The translations under genes and the position numbers were made by a program. The notes under the pieces were generated by a model. That model saw only the letters and a list, made by a program, of their open reading frames with translations. It had not been told where the DNA came from and did not search any database. Positions 46,863-64,000 of a stretch of 64,000 nt of DNA are shown piece by piece (within the stretch, counting starts at the first letter, position 1; every line of letters starts with the position of its first letter). The DNA is from the human T2T-CHM13v2.0 reference genome, Homo sapiens. The stretch is from the NCBI RefSeq assembly GCF_009914755.1, contig NC_060941.1; one strand, given 5' to 3'.

Positions 46863-47853
46863 GTGAGTAGGAAGCATGGTGGAAGAGCAAGTAAAAAAAT
46901 TCCTATGTTTGGTATTTTCTTTTAAATGTTCCAACTTCGCTTCCTGCCAATTTACTGATTCATTGTTAGGACATAACTTACCATTCTTCTTTGGATGCAT
47001 TGGCCTTTTGGGATATAAGTTAAAAAATCATATCACTATAGGAAGTAAATTAGTTGTTGTTTCAACCATAAGTCATTAGACTTGCCTGCTCCTTTCTATT
47101 GACCTCTCAGGGAAAACCAAAGCAGAACCCCCTAGATCAATATTAAGAGAAATACCCTATCTTTCCATACTAACACTGTGTAAGTAATTATTATTTCAAT
47201 TGTTAATTAGAAAAAGATGTTTTAGAACACTAAAATAATACAAGAAAACTATGCAACTCTAACCACTTTAAAAAAAAAAACTGATACAGTCTGGCACAGT
47301 GGCTCATGCCTGTAATCTCAGCACTTTGGGAGACCAAGGCAGGCAGATCGCTTGAGGCCAGGATTTTAAGACCAGACTGGACAACATAGTGGGACCTCAT
47401 CTCTACAAAAAATTTTAAAATTAGCTGGGCATGGTGACACATACCTATAGTACTACCTACTTAGGAGGCTGAGGCAGAAGGATTGCTTGAGCCCAGGAGT
47501 TCAAGGCTGCAGTTCCATCCTGGGCTACAGAGCAAAACTCTGTTTTTAAAAGAAAAAAAGAAATGTAAGTTCTCCTATCTTCCACAAATCCCCTCCCCAT
47601 AAAGGTAAATACTGTTAACAATTCAGCAGTTATCTTTCTCAATTCTTTCCAACTTTTAACTGACATATCTAAATCTAAGGAAATACGCACACAGTCTGAG
47701 GAGATACACACACACACACACACATGTTAATAATTTCTTTGTATTCTTGTACTTTACCCTCCAACTGGGGTTTCTGATGCATGACCACGATTAACATTTT
47801 TCACTCTTAAACAATAACACTCATATTCTTATTCCATGCCCTTCTTTCTTAAG

Positions 47854-47958
47854 GGCCAAGGGTCAAAACAAAAAAGGTGGAGATTTTTTTGGAAAACATG
47901 GGAACTAAAATCAAGGATGAGGAACTTGAGGAACTCATTACCCAACTACCAACTGAGG
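47854..47958 (+). CDS. EF-hand-repeat exon 15 (105 nt)
   Basis: ttcttaag|GG...GAGG|gtgagt; GPRVKTKKVEIFLENMGTKIKDEELEELITQLPTE. Confidence 0.88.
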
Positions 47959-48936
47959 GTGAGTATTACAAATATCTCTATCCTCTTCAGAAAAACCTTA
48001 AGCCCTTCCATTAGAACTGCTGAAATTAGCCTTTTTAGCATATAATGAAGTAAATGTAAAAACTTAATTCTGACTCTTGATGAAATACCATCTTCAAAAA
48101 TGCTTTTGAAAAGATATGTCAGGTATGCCACTTGAAGCCTCAGTCATGCCTGGGAATGCCACACACTTAAGGAGCTGAAAGAAAAATGAATTGAAGAGAA
48201 CATTTAAGAGAAAAATTAAGAAACCTGAAAGTCAAATGATAAATTAGAAATGAATAGTTGCAAGCCAAAGAGCTAATATCCCTAAGGTAGCAAAAGCCCT
48301 TGTACATTGATAAGAAACATACTGATAATAGAAAAATAGGCAGAAACACAAATAGGTAATTCATACAAGAGGAAATACAATGTACATCCCCAAATAACAT
48401 ATGGAAAGATGTTTAACCTCACCAATGATCATGAAAATGCAAAATAAAACACAGCACTATCTTCATTCATTGGACTGGCAAAACTTAACAAGATTGATAA
48501 TATTTAGTTCTTATGAAAATATGAGGAAAGGGACTAACTGATAAATTTGGGGTGAGAGTTGCCACTGCTATATATACTTTTTGAAAAGTCACCTGACAGT
48601 GTCTAAGGGGGGAAAGTCTTCTCTTTTCCCTGGTGAATCCAGCCTACGTTCCTCATGCAGTATACATTATTTCTTTGTGCTGGGTCCTGGTCCCTGTTTT
48701 GCCACAGACTTGCTGACAAATAATTTAACCTACTTAATCTTAGTTTCCTCATATGTAAAATATCTTCAAGTTGAACTAAATGATGCTCTATGATTACTTC
48801 TTGCTCTGAAATTAATATATGTAATGCATGTAATGCAGTCTAGAATAGTCAGTAAATGTTAGTGATGACGGATGATGGTGTGGTGGTGATGATGATGGGG
48901 AAGATAGAAAAGTTGTTAAAGAGCAGAACAAAATGA

Positions 48937-55104
<6,168 letters not shown>

Positions 55105-55496
55105 AGAACAGAATGAAAAAGAAAGGAAATTCTATAATCTATTAATCAATTTTTCCTGTTATGAAAATATTTCCTAACAATACATATTTATTATTACTTT
55201 TATATAAATAATAAGACAATATGTAATTTAAAACCTCTTATAAGAAATAGCATTGGGATCACTGTCTTCCTTCTCTCCTACTCCTGTCCTTGTTCTTCAA
55301 AATCTTTCATATAGATCAAGGGCTTTTGACTTTGTGCCATGACCCCTCTGTAAATCCGCTGAATGGACCACTTCCGAGTGTAATGTTTTAAAATGTATAA
55401 AATAAAATAATAGGATTACAAAGAGGCTAATTGTATTAAAATATAATTTATCAAAACATTAAAATATAAATTATTAGTATTTATTAAAACATTTAA

Positions 55497-57591
<2,095 letters not shown>

Positions 57592-57999
57592 TTAAAGAGC
57601 TGGCTTGCCATTCTGAAATAGTGTAGATGGAAGTAGAGCTCTGAGCCAGTGAAGCTGGTTCCCCCTTCTGCATCACGGGCACTAATTTTTTAATTTTATT
57701 AAAATATGGAACAGAAAGGCTCCAGCCGTAGCTCCAACCTAAGATTTTTTTTCTTGCTTGCTGAAGAAAAGAATTCCCTTCTTATTTAGGAAAAATTACG
57801 TATGAACAAACACACTGTTCACATTACTGTGACATTATTCCATTTACCAATTGAATATGATGAAACAGTGCTACTGAATCATATGTTGTACCAGAACAGA
57901 GTATAGAACTCCAACTCCAGCTATTCCAGCCATGTGGAGACCTTCATGCCTTTGACCCTACTATTCTTTTATTATTCAACAACCCCACCACCACCTCTC

Positions 58000-60480
<2,481 letters not shown>

Positions 60481-60679
60481 TACATAGGGTCAGAGTCGTT
60501 TATCCTCTCTCTATGCTTAACTGTAACCAATCACTTCTTAATTTAGACCACTCTGGTGGTCTCTAACACAAAGAAAAACAAAAAATTTGATAGATTTGTC
60601 ACAATTAAAGCTTTCTTTGTTTCTAAGATAACACTCTTATCTCTGAGGATAAGTCCATACAATTCTAAGGAAAAATTTA

Positions 60680-61003
<324 letters not shown>

Positions 61004-61115
61004 TTACTGAATTCTTATGATCTTCATAACTTCAGAACTTCACACAGCATTAATGTTGAGGGTCTCAGTAACATCAGTTCATCTGACTCTGGGGTATACT
61101 TTTCTTGCCTTACAG

Positions 61116-61169
61116 GTGAGACAGCAGTTGACCTGAATGACTTAATGGATGCTGTCAGTTACATCAAGG
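61116..61169 (+). CDS. EF-hand-repeat exon 16 (54 nt, type b)
   Basis: gccttacag|GT...AAGG|gtgagt; GETAVDLNDLMDAVSYIK. Confidence 0.85.
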
Positions 61170-61318
61170 GTGAGTTGCAAGCTATAATGGAAAGATGTTG
61201 TAAGTAATATCTTAATATTTGCTATTAATGTTGGAGAAGAATATTTTCTATTCATAAGTGTTCAGATTTTTCATATAACGTATGTTCCATTTTTGTGGAT
61301 GCTGCTGAAGTTGAGTAA

Positions 61319-61423
61319 GCACCAGCATGGCACATGTATACATATGTAACTAACCTGCACAATGTGCACATGTACCCTAAAACTTAAAGTATAATAATAA
61401 AAGAAAAAAAACTTAAAAAAAAA
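61319..61423 (+). mobile_element. Very short young L1 3' end (L1PA2/pre-Ta-like)
   Basis: gcaccagcatggcacatgtatacatatgtaactaacctgcacaatgtgcacatgtaccctaaaacttaaagtataata plus A tail. Confidence 0.88.
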
Positions 61424-62163
61424 ACAATAACTAATCTGTATTTATATATCAGTGCCCATACTAGTCTCCAAAATTTTCAGCAAAACAGTTCTTCAAAATA
61501 GTAATAGATATCAAGAGCCACAGAACTATTCATACCCTTTTCCCCACTAACCCCAGTCTTAGAAATTTATCCTTTAAAAATAGTTTCATTCTCATAATTG
61601 TGAGAAAATTGAAACAGATTAGAAATATCTAACCATACAGGAATTACTACATAAACCATGGTATGTCAGTTTAATGGGATACCATGTTAAAATGCTAGCT
61701 GTAAAGATTATATGGCAACTTGGAAACATGTTTATGAAGGAATGATTTTAGGTTGGAAAAGCAAAATACAGAAGTGTACATGTATTAGATTTCCACATTG
61801 TAAAAGTAAAGCCTTATTGCCAAGACCAAAATGGAATATCAAAAACTAAAAATGGTTCCTGTGTTAGAGTGATGGAATTCTATCTTTCCCCTGTTACATT
61901 AATCTGTAATGTTGTTACATAAAACTAAGTCCCTATATGTACTTTAATGTGCTGTGGATTTTGCAACAACCCACCAGTCAATTCCTAACCCCTGGTTACT
62001 TTCTTCTTTGTAGCCACTTTCTGATTCTTTCAATCAGAATTAAAGATTTTTGTTTCTGATTCTCCTATTCTGGATGATAATGTATATAAGCACAGATAGT
62101 GTTCTTTGTCCTTTGCAAATAATTCTGTAATATTTTTGCAATTCATTTCTCACCCTTTCTAAG

Positions 62164-62267
62164 GAGAGGTGATTGATGTCCAGAACTTAGACAATTTCTA
62201 GCAAGCGAAGGGATTGAGCTCACAGAAGAAGAAATGAAGGAGTTGATGCCTCATTTGACATTTAACG
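62164..62267 (+). pseudogene. EF-hand-repeat exon 17 (104 nt) with 1-nt deletion and premature TAG
   Basis: tttctaag|GA...AACG|gtgagg. In frame it reads GEVIDVQNLDNF then TAG at 62199-62201; restoring one base gives the consensus-like ...NFLASEGIELTEEEMKELMPHLTFN. Confidence 0.85.
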
Positions 62268-62295
62268 GTGAGGTGTATGTTTTATAATTATGTTA

Positions 62296-62630
<335 letters not shown>

Positions 62631-62837
62631 TCATCCTGTACATAACATCCTCAGAAATGATCCTTATCTTTGTAACACCTAGAACATAGCTTCCCAAACT
62701 TAAACGTGCATATGAATCACTTGGTCGTCTTGTTAAAATGCAGATTTGGGGGCCAGACGTGGTGGCTCACACCTATAATTCCAGTGCTTTGGAGGGCTGA
62801 GGCAAGAGGATCTCTTGAGGCCAAAAGCTCAAGATCA

Positions 62838-63170
<333 letters not shown>

Positions 63171-63173
63171 CTA

Positions 63174-63392
<219 letters not shown>

Positions 63393-63395
63393 TCA

Positions 63396-63545
<150 letters not shown>

Positions 63546-64000
63546 TTAAATCACAAATACAACCAATATGCTAAGTTGTGCCTGATGGTATGATTCCAGC
63601 CTGAAAAATAAGGAAAAATATTACAGCGAGTGAAACTAGAAAATAAAATGAGTATTAGGAAGAGATACACAGGGGAAGGAGGGGGAATTTAGGGTTGTTT
63701 GTTTATTGAAATTTTATTATTGTTTATTGAGTCTATTTACATGGCTTACTCACTGGCCCTTGTGCTATATAAATACTTTTTTATTTCTACCACTTTCTTT
63801 TTTGTTCTGATATCCCAGAAAAAGATGTTCTAAGTGCATCGGAGGATAACGTTTCTTACTATAATGCTTCAGTGATGTTGTCAGAGAGTTTCCATTCAGC
63901 CTGGCCTTGAATTTAAAAGAGTATATTGATTTATTCAAGCAACAAATATTTATTGGTCACTGAATATGTCAGGCCCTATACTAGGTACTAGGAATACAAG

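Overview
Primate (probably hominine) genomic DNA dominated by interspersed repeats: about 45 Alu copies or fragments, several L1s including one full-length dead L1PA, two THE1 LTRs, an MLT1 LTR, Tigger1, L2 and MIR-age relics, and an RPL36A processed pseudogene. Hidden among them, and missed by the ORF track, is a + strand chain of 17 small phase-1/phase-1 exons (8 x 54 nt, 8 x 105 nt, 1 x 104 nt), all with AG/GT boundaries. Spliced, the first 16 give about 424 stop-free codons of a 53-aa degenerate EF-hand (calmodulin-like) tandem repeat, with 106-aa and probable 212-aa higher-order periodicity. The 17th exon has a 1-nt deletion and an immediate TAG. The strict short/long alternation breaks once (36118 to 42663), across an L1/Alu fusion junction that looks like a deletion scar. 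From recall, not a search, this resembles the repeat-rich middle of the giant EFCAB13/EFCAB3-type EF-hand gene (mouse Efcab3/Gm11639), whose two ends are separate loci in human. It is best read as a recently disabled or partly functional segment of that gene.
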